DNA of 64,000 nt from IMG/VR virus record IMGVR_UViG_3300010373_000002, positions 1 through 64,000 of that record, one strand, 5' to 3'. A program made the position numbers and the translations under genes. This DNA comes from a virus. The notes under the pieces are model-generated. The model had not been told where the DNA came from, ran no database searches, and saw only the letters and a list, made by a program, of their open reading frames with translations. Below, one piece after another: positions 1-8,808 of this stretch (within the stretch, counting starts at the first letter, position 1; each line of letters begins with the position of its first letter).

Positions 1-212
1 AATCGACTAAAGAGGGAAACGACGGTCGGCAGGCCGAGGAGTAAGTTCGCATTCGGCTGATTACCATAGGTTTACAGAAAATCCAATACAGTCCAAAAAA
101 AATAGGTTCTGACGACCGATCAAATTTGTGCATCAGTGCTAAATGGACGTAAACAGTTGACAATGAGTAGTTTAAGTAGAATGAGAGTTGCCGGTATTTG
201 ACGCAATGCTGC

Positions 213-930
213 ATAAGTGCTGCGCAGGGCCTTTTTTCGTGCTTTTCCCTGGGTTTATCGAAGTTTCGATATGTTCCAAAACGGAAAGACGTGAGTTGAA
301 CCAACCATGACGATACCTCAAGCATCGCTGATCACCCTTGAGGAAGCTGCAAAATATTGCCGTGTCAAAGAGGAACGGCTCTTAGGTTTCACTAAGAGCG
401 GACATGCCCCATATTACATGATCGACGAAGAAGGCCCTTTCTTCAAAAAAACCGAGATACGATCATGGGTAGAAGAGAACCTTATCAGTCGAAACAAAGG
501 CCGGTTTCTTCCGAAAGCGGTAGAGGTTTTCGTTCCCAGGACCAGAAACGCGATCCCTCCCGATTCGATTTCTTCTATAGCGAACCTTCGTCAATTGAAT
601 GTTTCGGACTTCCGGTCTGGAATCTACTTCTTATGCAAAGGGAAAGATGTCGTTTATGTAGGTAAATCGACATGCGTCTCTCAAAGGGTTGCCGGCCATC
701 ACATGAAAAAAGAAAAAGACTTTGATATTAACGCTGTTTCTTTCTTTCCGGTTCCTCCTTGTCTTCTCGACGAAACCGAACGGGAGTTTATTCGTCTGCT
801 TAAACCTCGTTGCAACACGACACATAATCGAGAAAATCTCGATAAGCGACTTGCGATAGCAAGGAAAGCGGACATAGAGAAGTTGAAAGCGGCAGGGAGA
901 AGAAACTTAGGTTTAGAATAAGTGCTGCGC
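213..930 (+). repeat. 13-bp direct repeat ATAAGTGCTGCGC at 213-225 and 918-930
   Basis: Exact match flanking the HTH/GIY-YIG gene. Confidence 0.85.
307..921 (+). CDS. Excisionase-like HTH fused to GIY-YIG nuclease domain
   Basis: N-term LITLEEAAKYCRV...FKKTEIRSWVE (HTH_17/Xis-like); C-term SGIYFL...VVYVGKS...QRV..H...E...I..LKP.CN (GIY-YIG motifs). Confidence 0.75.
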   Translation: MTIPQASLITLEEAAKYCRVKEERLLGFTKSGHAPYYMIDEEGPFFKKTEIRSWVEENLISRNKGRFLPKAVEVFVPRTRNAIPPDSISSIANLRQLNVSDFRSGIYFLCKGKDVVYVGKSTCVSQRVAGHHMKKEKDFDINAVSFFPVPPCLLDETEREFIRLLKPRCNTTHNRENLDKRLAIARKADIEKLKAAGRRNLGLE

Positions 931-1032
931 TCGTCCGGGATTAAACGGATTGTTTATCATTGTCGCCGATTTCGTAGGTGTTTTTCTAGGGAAAACTAAT
1001 TCCTTCTGTCTGAACCAACGAAAGGTAGAAGC

Positions 1033-1452
1033 ATGAATATCAAACCCGCCTCCGAACTCTACCCGGATTTCCGGGAAGGCTACAGTACCGGAGACTATTA
1101 CCCTATCCTTGAATCGTTCGGCGAGATTCTGGTTCAGAGCGACGACGACGATTACCAAGGCGACTCTCGCGTCTTGTATCGCGACGCCGACCGCTATGGA
1201 ATCTTAATCTTCGGCTGGGGATCGTGCTCCGGTTGCGATGCACTCCAAGCGGCGGATACACTAAAAGAAGTCGATGAACTTATCGCCGGCCTTGCGGACG
1301 GAATCCGGTGGGGCAGTCTCGGGGAAACTATCGACTATATGAAGACTCACGACTGGGGAGGCGATTTCAGTTGCCACTCCGACGAAACCAAAGTGTTCGT
1401 TAGGGATGCGATCGCCGTTCTTGAAGACGAGAAAACGAAACAAGGAGAGTGA
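1033..1452 (+). CDS. Conserved phage hypothetical protein (DYQGD...WGSCSGCD motif)
   Basis: AAAGG RBS; acidic; motif typical of a phage small-protein family. Confidence 0.8.
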   Translation: MNIKPASELYPDFREGYSTGDYYPILESFGEILVQSDDDDYQGDSRVLYRDADRYGILIFGWGSCSGCDALQAADTLKEVDELIAGLADGIRWGSLGETIDYMKTHDWGGDFSCHSDETKVFVRDAIAVLEDEKTKQGE

Positions 1453-1455
1453 TCC

Positions 1456-1857
1456 ATGTGTCTTTCCGTCGCCGTTCAGAGGCCGAACGACGTGCTCGCT
1501 ACCGGGGAACATCTCGGCTTCGAGTGGGCTGTGGTCCATAACGGCATAGGGAACCGTTGCGGTTATGTCCGCGTTCCCAAGGATCACCCGTGGTACGGCA
1601 TGACGGACTTCGATCTGGGGCACTTGGACATTCATGGCGGAATCACCTTCGCCGAAAAAGACACACCTTGCGGCAAGGGTGACGACGAGGGTTATTGGGT
1701 CGGTTTCGATTGTTGCCACTCCGGCGACCGCCCTGACCATGCACTTTGTCCCCCTTCGTCGTCGTTGGTGCGTCTCGCCTACGGCATGGTCCGATCCCAA
1801 GAGTATGTCGAGTCCGAGTGTCGCCGACTGTGCGAGCAAGCAAGCGACGCGGAATAG
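1456..1857 (+). CDS. Conserved phage protein (CGYV..P..HP..G / HGGITF / GFDC.H.GD)
   Basis: Recognisable phage family motifs; GGAG RBS. Confidence 0.85.
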   Translation: MCLSVAVQRPNDVLATGEHLGFEWAVVHNGIGNRCGYVRVPKDHPWYGMTDFDLGHLDIHGGITFAEKDTPCGKGDDEGYWVGFDCCHSGDRPDHALCPPSSSLVRLAYGMVRSQEYVESECRRLCEQASDAE

Positions 1858-2008
1858 TGCGGTCCATAGTGCGGAATCACCGGCCATTCGATCCGCCTGC
1901 CTTCCGCCGGAAAATTGAGCAAATCGAAAACTAATTCCTTCTGAGATTGGACCGAAACGAGATGAGCGAACAGACGGCCAACCACCGCGAGGCGGGAGAT
2001 GAGGGGAA

Positions 2009-2404
2009 ATGGAACTGATTCTTAGATGCGACGTTTGCGACGGTTTCGGCGAGTTGAAGCATCTTCGCGGAGGCGGACACGCATATTCTGAGCGATGCAT
2101 GAACTGCTACGGCAAGGGCCACATCCCCAACCCCGCCGTGCTCGCCCGTCTCGCCGCCCTGACGGCCGAAGTCGAGCGGTTGCGAGCGGCGCTGGTAGAC
2201 GAGAGGGTGCGGTGCGCCAAACTGGTCGTGATCAAAGATAGAGAACCGTACTATCTCCGCGAAAGTTTCTCCGACGTTGAGGACGCGATCCTCGACGGCA
2301 CGATTCCCGGAGAAATGCCGCCCGGCTACTGGGATGGCGAAATGAGAGCCGAGCATTCCTTGGCCTCGATCCTTGGACTTGAAAAGGACAATAATGATGA
2401 GTGA
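2009..2404 (+). CDS. Hypothetical protein with DnaJ-type Zn finger and coiled coil
   Basis: CDVCDGFG...CMNCYGKG; GAGG RBS. Confidence 0.7.
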   Translation: MELILRCDVCDGFGELKHLRGGGHAYSERCMNCYGKGHIPNPAVLARLAALTAEVERLRAALVDERVRCAKLVVIKDREPYYLRESFSDVEDAILDGTIPGEMPPGYWDGEMRAEHSLASILGLEKDNNDE

Positions 2405-2732
2405 GAAACTTAAAATGTTGGCCGGGCCGGGAATTATGAAGTTTTTCCGTTGCCCGCTGGGATGTAACTACGGCGTTGTTGTTCAGCCGCACGGTCGCGA
2501 AGGGCTGGACATGCTCTACATTTATTGCTCCCGTTGCTTCCATCAAGCGCATCCCATCGCCGAGATCGAGGCTAAACTGCAAGAACCGCCGCCGAACATG
2601 CTGCAACGATCAGAGAGGATGTCTGTGGACGAGAGAGAGCGAATCAAGGCCCGAAACGACGCGATTAAGCCGGGAGCTTGGCGAGAGGCGTTATCAGAGG
2701 AATCCAAGGAGAATGGTTATGTCAAAACTTGA
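2397..2732 (+). CDS. Hypothetical Zn-ribbon protein
   Basis: CPLGC...CSRC; AAGGA RBS; overlaps upstream stop. Confidence 0.65.
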   Translation: MSEKLKMLAGPGIMKFFRCPLGCNYGVVVQPHGREGLDMLYIYCSRCFHQAHPIAEIEAKLQEPPPNMLQRSERMSVDERERIKARNDAIKPGAWREALSEESKENGYVKT

Positions 2733-3165
2733 GCGGCCGAAGTGCCAGACGTGTCCGGTTTGGACCAACGAAGAATATGACCGCGAATTTCAGGAATGGG
2801 AAAACATCAAAGGCCAGAGCCATCTTCAGCCGGATAGTCCTGAGAAGCACAGTAAAGACTTTTGCGGTCATCATCCCGACTTCCCGGCCTACCTCGCGAG
2901 TCTTCACGCCGAACAAGCCCCGCCGAGTCCCGCGTCGGAAGTGAAACCGGAGCATCGACCGGGCGATTACCAACCAGACTTTTACCCGGATGGTTCGATG
3001 GTGGAACACGGAAATAGAGAAACCTGGATCGCTTTAGATAAAGACGGTTTCGATATCCTTGACAAACATGGAGTGATTGCTCGTTTCCCGACTCAAGAAG
3101 CCGCCCGCGCCGCCCTCTACGCCATCGGCCAAGGCCCCGCATCGTTGCCAAAAATCGACAAATAA
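2719..3165 (+). CDS. Hypothetical protein
   Basis: AGGAG RBS before ATG 2719; CQTC and CGHHP motifs. Confidence 0.7.
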   Translation: MSKLERPKCQTCPVWTNEEYDREFQEWENIKGQSHLQPDSPEKHSKDFCGHHPDFPAYLASLHAEQAPPSPASEVKPEHRPGDYQPDFYPDGSMVEHGNRETWIALDKDGFDILDKHGVIARFPTQEAARAALYAIGQGPASLPKIDK

Positions 3166-3166
3166 C

Positions 3167-3195
3167 TAGACTTCCTTTCCTCTCGGCAATATAAT
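3167..3195 (+). promoter_or_regulatory. sigma70-type promoter
   Basis: TAGACT-17 nt-TATAAT in an intergenic gap. Confidence 0.6.
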
Positions 3196-3242
3196 CAATT
3201 CACCCCCCTCTACATGCTCGCCCTCAACCCATAAGGGCCAAA

Positions 3243-3425
3243 ATGGACGCATTCGACGGTGCGGACTGGTGGACTACCGTCCGCATGGTTCTGTTATTCT
3301 GCCCCGGCCTAGCGATCCTGGCGGTCATGTTCTTAATCGCTCTTGGATGCGCTGCGGCTGTTGCCGTCCGGTTCTCCCTGAGGCTTCTCTCGGCCAAGAG
3401 GCCCAAGAAGCGATCTATCAAGTAA
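3243..3425 (+). CDS. Small membrane protein
   Basis: Long hydrophobic stretch plus basic tail. Confidence 0.6.
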   Translation: MDAFDGADWWTTVRMVLLFCPGLAILAVMFLIALGCAAAVAVRFSLRLLSAKRPKKRSIK

Positions 3426-3441
3426 TTTCCAAGTCCAGGTC

Positions 3442-3469
3442 TTGACAAGTGGCTTTTGTCTGGTAGAAT
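3442..3469 (+). promoter_or_regulatory. sigma70-type promoter (extended -10)
   Basis: TTGACA-16 nt-TAGAAT with TG at the extended position, upstream of AAGGAG RBS. Confidence 0.7.
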
Positions 3470-3500
3470 GTAGACAGTGGATAGCGACTAAGGAGCACCA

Positions 3501-3791
3501 ATGAAGCGAGATGACCCGTTTTTCGTCATTGAACCCTTGGAAGCCTTGGTGATGCGTGCCTTCCGAGATAACAAGACGCTCAACGCGGAGAAGCTGCTTG
3601 TTGTTCTCTGTGGTCATCGTTTAATCGGCAAGGCGGTCGGCAAGGCTCTACTGAAGACATCCAAGTGGATTCTCGCGAGAATGTGCCAAGAAGGAAAGAT
3701 CGACGAGGTTGACGGCAATCCGGGGAACTACTGCCTTGGATTTCAAGAGGTCGCGATCCTCTATAACGATCCTAGACTGAAAGGGGTTTGA
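3501..3791 (+). CDS. Hypothetical protein (possible winged helix)
   Basis: AAGGAG RBS; LARMCQEGKI...GNY C-terminus. Confidence 0.75.
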   Translation: MKRDDPFFVIEPLEALVMRAFRDNKTLNAEKLLVVLCGHRLIGKAVGKALLKTSKWILARMCQEGKIDEVDGNPGNYCLGFQEVAILYNDPRLKGV

Positions 3792-3792
3792 G

Positions 3793-4122
3793 ATGAAGTT
3801 CGAAGACTTCAAAATCGGCAAGACGCGGTTCAATTACAAAAACGGGCATACTGAATACATCTGCCACGCTATCGGCGACAGAATCATTGTCGGGTCTGAA
3901 AAGGGCGAAGACGTTCTTTGTGTATCGTTCAACGAAAAAGACTTTGATCATTGCAAGGAATGTGGATACTGGAAAGAAGCCGAGGGGAACACTCCGGTCC
4001 CTATCTCTTATTTCCGCAACCTGTTGGCGATCGAGAAATGCGCTAAAGAGTTCGCCGCCGAGATCAATCGGATCGAAACGAGAGAATTGAGAGAAATAAT
4101 CGAACAGTCGGCATCATGTTGA
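3793..4122 (+). CDS. Hypothetical protein, paralog A (MKFEDF.GKTRF)
   Basis: Shares MKFEDF..GKTRF...EY.CHAIGD...VSFNE.DF..C with next gene. Confidence 0.8.
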   Translation: MKFEDFKIGKTRFNYKNGHTEYICHAIGDRIIVGSEKGEDVLCVSFNEKDFDHCKECGYWKEAEGNTPVPISYFRNLLAIEKCAKEFAAEINRIETRELREIIEQSASC

Positions 4123-4132
4123 GGAGAAACAA

Positions 4133-4483
4133 GTGAAATTCGAAGACTTCGTACTCGGCAAGACTCGGTTCCGCTGGCTTGATGACCTCGAAGAATACCT
4201 CTGCCACGCGATCGGCGATAAAGTGGTCGTTGGCTTAGAGATGGACGGAGACCCCGAAGAGGTTATCGTGGTTTCGTTTAATGAAGACGACTTTGGTAAC
4301 TGTGAAGAAGTTTCCTCTTCCGATAAATCCGGTGACGGTTTAGCGAAAATGACATATGCCCGCCGCGACGAACTAGTTTGCGCCGAGATTCGAGATCGAG
4401 AACTTGCCGAAGCCGTCCTCGATCTGCTCGGAGACAGCCGCGTCCAGAACATCCGGTCAAGGGCCGAGGAAATCGTCGAGTGA
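4133..4483 (+). CDS. Hypothetical protein, paralog B
   Basis: GAGGAG RBS, GTG start; tandem paralog of 3793..4122. Confidence 0.8.
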   Translation: MKFEDFVLGKTRFRWLDDLEEYLCHAIGDKVVVGLEMDGDPEEVIVVSFNEDDFGNCEEVSSSDKSGDGLAKMTYARRDELVCAEIRDRELAEAVLDLLGDSRVQNIRSRAEEIVE

Positions 4484-4761
4484 TCCACGAAGATTTGATT
4501 TGGATCGACACGCCAGACGAGGACGGCAACTCGTTCATTGAAGCCGTGTCCTTCCATGTGAACAGCAAGACGAAAGAGTCGTTTCGTTGGCGGGTGACTC
4601 CGGTGATAATCGAGAACAAGGTCCGCTGGTCCGTGGACGAGTCGGACTTGATCACGGCCAACAACCAAGAGCCGCCCTTCCGTCGCGAGGAAGCCGCCAA
4701 GGATTTCTGTCAGAGACGTGAGAATGAACTGATTGAGAAACTTCAGAGAGGTGAGACATGA
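4480..4761 (+). CDS. W...CQ repeat-domain protein (1 copy)
   Basis: GTG overlapping upstream TGA; LIW...GNS...WRV...NK..W...AK.FCQ..E. Confidence 0.8.
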   Translation: MIHEDLIWIDTPDEDGNSFIEAVSFHVNSKTKESFRWRVTPVIIENKVRWSVDESDLITANNQEPPFRREEAAKDFCQRRENELIEKLQRGET

Positions 4762-5393
4762 AGACGATCGACGTGAAAGTGACTATGTTTGAGGCAGGCG
4801 ACTGGGTGCGGTTCAAGGCGAACACGCTCAGGAAAGGTTCCTACGAAGTCAAGACGATCGACCCTGCCGCTTCCGATCGAGAGCATCACCAATACTTGTG
4901 GCTCGACGGCGGAAAAAATGGCGGACCATTCTTGGCTAGATCGGATGAAGTGGAATTGTCTCGTCCTCCTGAGCCAAACAAAGAATCAATCAAAGATGTA
5001 GTCAAAGTCGGCGATCTTCTTTATGCCGGCGGCCAAACCTTTTTTGCCGTCCCCGCCGATGCCGCTCTCGGGAATCCCAAGAAGCTTTCCGAGGTTCGCC
5101 GGCTACTCAACGCCTTGATGACGGCGGAGTGGTACAAAATCGTCCCGTTACACGGCTTCAAAGCCACCAAAGAAGATGTCGCGAACTTCAAAGTCGGCCA
5201 ATTCGAACGTGGCTATTTCTTTGAAGGGAACTCTCCGCACAATGCCATACAAAACTGTCTCTTAAAGGGTACTTGCGACATCACAGAGTTCGTCTCTGTC
5301 TACAAGAGAGTCGATTCCGCAGATGACTCTTGGATAGATTTTGTCGGCGTCTTCCGGGTTGCCGTGTCGATTGTCGCCGATCGTTTATTTTAA
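4758..5393 (+). CDS. Hypothetical protein (SH3-like N-terminus)
   Basis: GAGG RBS; FEAGDWVRFK. Confidence 0.75.
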   Translation: MKTIDVKVTMFEAGDWVRFKANTLRKGSYEVKTIDPAASDREHHQYLWLDGGKNGGPFLARSDEVELSRPPEPNKESIKDVVKVGDLLYAGGQTFFAVPADAALGNPKKLSEVRRLLNALMTAEWYKIVPLHGFKATKEDVANFKVGQFERGYFFEGNSPHNAIQNCLLKGTCDITEFVSVYKRVDSADDSWIDFVGVFRVAVSIVADRLF

Positions 5394-5402
5394 GGACTCA
5401 CC

Positions 5403-5999
5403 ATGAAGCCCGTCAGCAAAATCGCTCGCGAACCCGTCGAGCAAACCCATATCGAGAAGGCGATCGGCCTACTCCGCCTTAATATCGTCAAGGCTATCGA
5501 GAAGCACGGCAACGACTCGTACTATAACCGCCACGAGATCATCGGCTCTCTCAAGGAAGAGTTCGATGAGGTCTGCCACGCCAAGAAGCCGAAGACGGAA
5601 GAGAAGACAATCCTCTTCGTCCGCGAGTTGCTGGACGTGGCTACGGTGGCTCTATGGGCCGTCGCCGGCATCGTCGATGACGCGGACTCGGCAAGTAAAG
5701 TCATCGGCGAACCGGAAGAAGAAAAAGGTTTTCGGCAGTTGGATTGGATCGACGAACTCGACGAGATTAACAACAATTCGTCTTACTGGGCGGCGTCATC
5801 CAAGAAGGGAACCGACGGCAGTCTCCTGTATTGGGACGTCTCGCCGCAAGGCATCGGCAATAAGTTGTTCTGGACGTTCGTAGATTCCAGTCCGGAACTC
5901 ACTAAAGGGTACGCTCGCGTTGACTGGGAAACCCCCGAGGCGTCCAAGCATTTTTGCCAATCATTAGAGAACGACATTCTCAGAAGTTCGAGTCATTAG
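5403..5999 (+). CDS. MazG-like helical domain fused to W...CQ domain
   Basis: HE..G.LKEEFDEV...ELLDVA.VA (MazG-type ExxE/ExxD); C-term LDW...W.V...NK..W...FCQ..E. Confidence 0.7.
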   Translation: MKPVSKIAREPVEQTHIEKAIGLLRLNIVKAIEKHGNDSYYNRHEIIGSLKEEFDEVCHAKKPKTEEKTILFVRELLDVATVALWAVAGIVDDADSASKVIGEPEEEKGFRQLDWIDELDEINNNSSYWAASSKKGTDGSLLYWDVSPQGIGNKLFWTFVDSSPELTKGYARVDWETPEASKHFCQSLENDILRSSSH

Positions 6000-6040
6000 A
6001 AAGAACTGGCGACACAAGAGTACGAATCGAAAGGTAGAAT

Positions 6041-6604
6041 ATGAGCGAGCATCGACTTGAGTGGAAAGAGTGCCTTGATGGCGACGACAACTCTTATTTC
6101 GAGGCTCCATCGTCGCTCAGTTTCGAAGGGCGTAGGCTTTTCTGGCGGGTCGATCAGCAATTGATCGGGAACAAGATCGTCTGGTTTCTTGACGATTCCG
6201 AAGAATACCTCGGCGACCTAGGCGAAGACAATCCTCACGATTCCGAGGAATCCGCGAAAGCGGCTTGCCAGGCCCACGAGGATCAATTCGCCGTCGATAA
6301 TCTGACGGAGGTTCCGACTCAAAGACGGATCGTCGGCGAACCCGGCCCGCTGGTATGGGAATCAAAGGCGACCGGCTTCGGGGTTACAGTCTACCGCGCC
6401 GATTCTCGCGTGGAAATCGTTGGTCTCGGTTGTTCTCATGGATACCTCCTTGTTCCTCTTATGAAAAACAAAAAGGTAGTTTGGTTGCTGGCCGGCGAAG
6501 ACGAGGAGTTCGGAGCAGTAGACGAAGCTGTATCGTTCTGTCAAGCCAAAGAAGACGCTTTAGTCGCAAGCGTGAAAGCGGAGGAGGCGAATACCAATGA
6601 GTGA
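6041..6604 (+). CDS. W...CQ repeat-domain protein (2 copies)
   Basis: Two internal units ending ACQAHE and FCQAKE. Confidence 0.85.
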   Translation: MSEHRLEWKECLDGDDNSYFEAPSSLSFEGRRLFWRVDQQLIGNKIVWFLDDSEEYLGDLGEDNPHDSEESAKAACQAHEDQFAVDNLTEVPTQRRIVGEPGPLVWESKATGFGVTVYRADSRVEIVGLGCSHGYLLVPLMKNKKVVWLLAGEDEEFGAVDEAVSFCQAKEDALVASVKAEEANTNE

Positions 6605-7130
6605 GCAACTTCAGTGGGAAGAAGATTTAGACTATAGGAAGAACTCCAAGCACGAAGCCGATTCGTGCGTTCTAGATCAAGGGAAGCCGCTTCGGTGGCG
6701 CGTTACGCAGAGCCACACCTACAACAAGATTTCTTGGTATATCGAGGATTCCGACGAAGAACTTGGACCGTCCCACTTTAACGAGGAATTCGATTCCGCC
6801 GATACCGCCAAATCTAAATGTCAACGCTTGGAAGATGGGATTATCCACCTAAGAACAGCGTGGAAAGAGAAGGTAGCCAAAGGGAGTCTCTACTGGAAGT
6901 CGTCGAAGGGTTTATACGGGAATACTCAGTATGAGGCCGAGTCTTCAATACCCGACAGAGATGGGTGTCGGATCGGTTGGCGTGTCCATCAGTGGCTCAG
7001 TAAAGACAAGGTTGCCTGGAGGGTGGGTTGCTTGAACCAAGAGTATCCCACCCATGAGGCCGCGATGGCTTTCTGTCAAGCCGACGAAGACAAAATCGTC
7101 GCCGCAGCGAAAGCGATGGAGGAGAAATGA
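6597..7130 (+). CDS. W...CQ repeat-domain protein (2 copies)
   Basis: Two internal units ending KCQRLE and FCQADE; GGAGG upstream. Confidence 0.85.
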   Translation: MSEQLQWEEDLDYRKNSKHEADSCVLDQGKPLRWRVTQSHTYNKISWYIEDSDEELGPSHFNEEFDSADTAKSKCQRLEDGIIHLRTAWKEKVAKGSLYWKSSKGLYGNTQYEAESSIPDRDGCRIGWRVHQWLSKDKVAWRVGCLNQEYPTHEAAMAFCQADEDKIVAAAKAMEEK

Positions 7131-7546
7131 AAATCATCGTTGAATCCGCCGACCTCAAAATCGAGCCTTATCGTGGCTCCGGTCCCGGCGGCCGGCATCG
7201 CAATACAACGATGTCCGGCGTTCGGATTACTCATCTCCCGACCGGAATCATGGTTAAGTGCTGTGACGACTCCTGCCAGCATCGCAACAAAGCCCAAGCG
7301 TTTGTCCAGCTTCGCTCGGCCCTCGCCAGACACTACAGGGGCCTTCAAGAGCGATCGGCGACGGAGCGGTACGAAGGCAAGCCTCAGGTCGCCTTCTCTT
7401 CTCAGATTCGAACCTACAGGCTAGTGGACGAAGAGAAGGTTGTCGATCATCGGACGGGAGTCGCCCTGGCGGCTCATGCCGTTCTCAGAGGCAAGATCGA
7501 CCCATTCTTGCGGGCGATGTTGGCGAAGAATCAAGGCTCATACTAA
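7127..7546 (+). CDS. Truncated class I peptide chain release factor-like protein, GGQ changed to GGR
   Basis: SGPGGRHRN...VRITHLPTGI.V.C....QH.NK..A...L...SQIRTY...V.DHRTG. Confidence 0.9.
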   Translation: MKIIVESADLKIEPYRGSGPGGRHRNTTMSGVRITHLPTGIMVKCCDDSCQHRNKAQAFVQLRSALARHYRGLQERSATERYEGKPQVAFSSQIRTYRLVDEEKVVDHRTGVALAAHAVLRGKIDPFLRAMLAKNQGSY

Positions 7547-8768
7547 TTTTATACCAGATTTGAGGGACAGAATAAAGAGCAATGGCACACTACACGTACA
7601 GATACAGGATCGAACCCACGAAGGAGCAGAAGGCGAAACTTGCCTCTCACTTCGGGTCTGTACGTTATGTGTACAACTACTTTTTGGCTCAAAGAAAGAA
7701 TCTCTATCTGGAGTCGAAGCAAGGAACTTCCTACTGCAAACAGGCTTCAGAACTGACAGTCTTGAAGAAAGAATTGACATGGCTCAAAGAGACGAACAGC
7801 CAGGCCCTTCAATATTCGCTCAAGTGCTTGGAAGCCGCCTACAACAACTTCTTTGCCAAGAGAGCGAAGTTCCCGAAGTTCCATGCTCGGAAAGGCAAGC
7901 AATCCTTCACCGCTCCTCAGAGTGTCGGAGTGAAGGAAGGCGTTCTCACGCTTCCGAAGTTCAAAGAAGGGATCAAACTCCGATACCATCGCCCACTTGA
8001 AGGCGAGATCGTCAAAGCGACCATCACGAAGAATGCAGCGGGTCAATACTTCGCCAACATCCTTGTGGAGAAGAACATTGAGCCGTTGCCTGTGCGGGAT
8101 GCAAAAGTTGGAATCGATCTCGGCTTGAAGACGTTGGCGACTTGCTCTGATGGGCAGGTATACGAGAACATTCGTCCTTACAAGACTTTGCAGCGTAGAC
8201 TTCGTTTGCTCCAGAAAGCCGTAAGTCGGAAGAAAGATAAGACCTCCCAGAACCGAGGGAAAGCCAAGCATCGCCTAGCAGTGCTCCACAACAAGATTGC
8301 CAACATCCGCAATGACTATCTGCATAAGGTTTCACGCTCTATCGTTAACGAGAACCAAGTTATCGTGATGGAAACCCTGAATGTCAAAGGCATGATGGCT
8401 AACCACTGTTTGGCAAAGAGTGTTGCCGATGTCAGTTTTAACGAGTTTGTTCGACAATTGAAGTATAAGGCGGCATGGGCAGGACGAAACTTCCTGCAAA
8501 TCGATAGATGGTTTCCATCGTCAAAGACATGCTCCGAATGCGGATTCATTGTTGACAAACTGCCGTTGGACATCAGGGAATGGACATGCCCGAGTTGCAA
8601 AGTCGAGCATGACCGTGATTACAACGCCTCAGTGAATATTCTTAGAGAAGGACTCAGAACCGTAGGAACTACGGGGATAGCCTATGGACTTGATGTAAGA
8701 CTTTCAGCGATGGAAGCGATCAAGGGTGAAGTAGGAAGCCTCTGCCCTTTAGGGCAGGGGTAGTTCAC
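7542..8768 (+). mobile_element. IS200/IS605-family tnpB-only (IS1341-like) element
   Basis: tnpB plus right-end hairpin CCTCTGCCC-TTTA-GGGCAGGGG and TAGTTCAC terminus at 8768; left boundary approximate; no tnpA. Confidence 0.8.
7582..8763 (+). CDS. tnpB: RNA-guided endonuclease TnpB, full length
   Basis: YRYRIEPT HTH; RuvC GIDLG / VMETL / HDRDYNA; Zn ribbon CSEC...CPSC. Confidence 0.95.
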   Translation: MAHYTYRYRIEPTKEQKAKLASHFGSVRYVYNYFLAQRKNLYLESKQGTSYCKQASELTVLKKELTWLKETNSQALQYSLKCLEAAYNNFFAKRAKFPKFHARKGKQSFTAPQSVGVKEGVLTLPKFKEGIKLRYHRPLEGEIVKATITKNAAGQYFANILVEKNIEPLPVRDAKVGIDLGLKTLATCSDGQVYENIRPYKTLQRRLRLLQKAVSRKKDKTSQNRGKAKHRLAVLHNKIANIRNDYLHKVSRSIVNENQVIVMETLNVKGMMANHCLAKSVADVSFNEFVRQLKYKAAWAGRNFLQIDRWFPSSKTCSECGFIVDKLPLDIREWTCPSCKVEHDRDYNASVNILREGLRTVGTTGIAYGLDVRLSAMEAIKGEVGSLCPLGQG

Positions 8769-8785
8769 ACTAATTCGTGTCAAAT
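8620..8785 (+). ncRNA. Putative omegaRNA (reRNA) scaffold plus guide of tnpB
   Basis: Known TnpB arrangement overlapping the 3' end of the ORF and right end; 5' boundary uncertain. Confidence 0.5.
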
Positions 8786-8808
8786 TAGTATAACGGACGA
8801 AAACCTAT

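Larger units (their letters stand above)
991..1943 (+). repeat. 18-bp intergenic repeat GAAAACTAATTCCTTCTG at 991-1008 and 1926-1943
   Basis: Exact match, both copies upstream of gene starts. Confidence 0.85.

Noticed and set aside
158-183. TTGACA...TAGAAT promoter
   Set aside because: Spacer is only 14 nt
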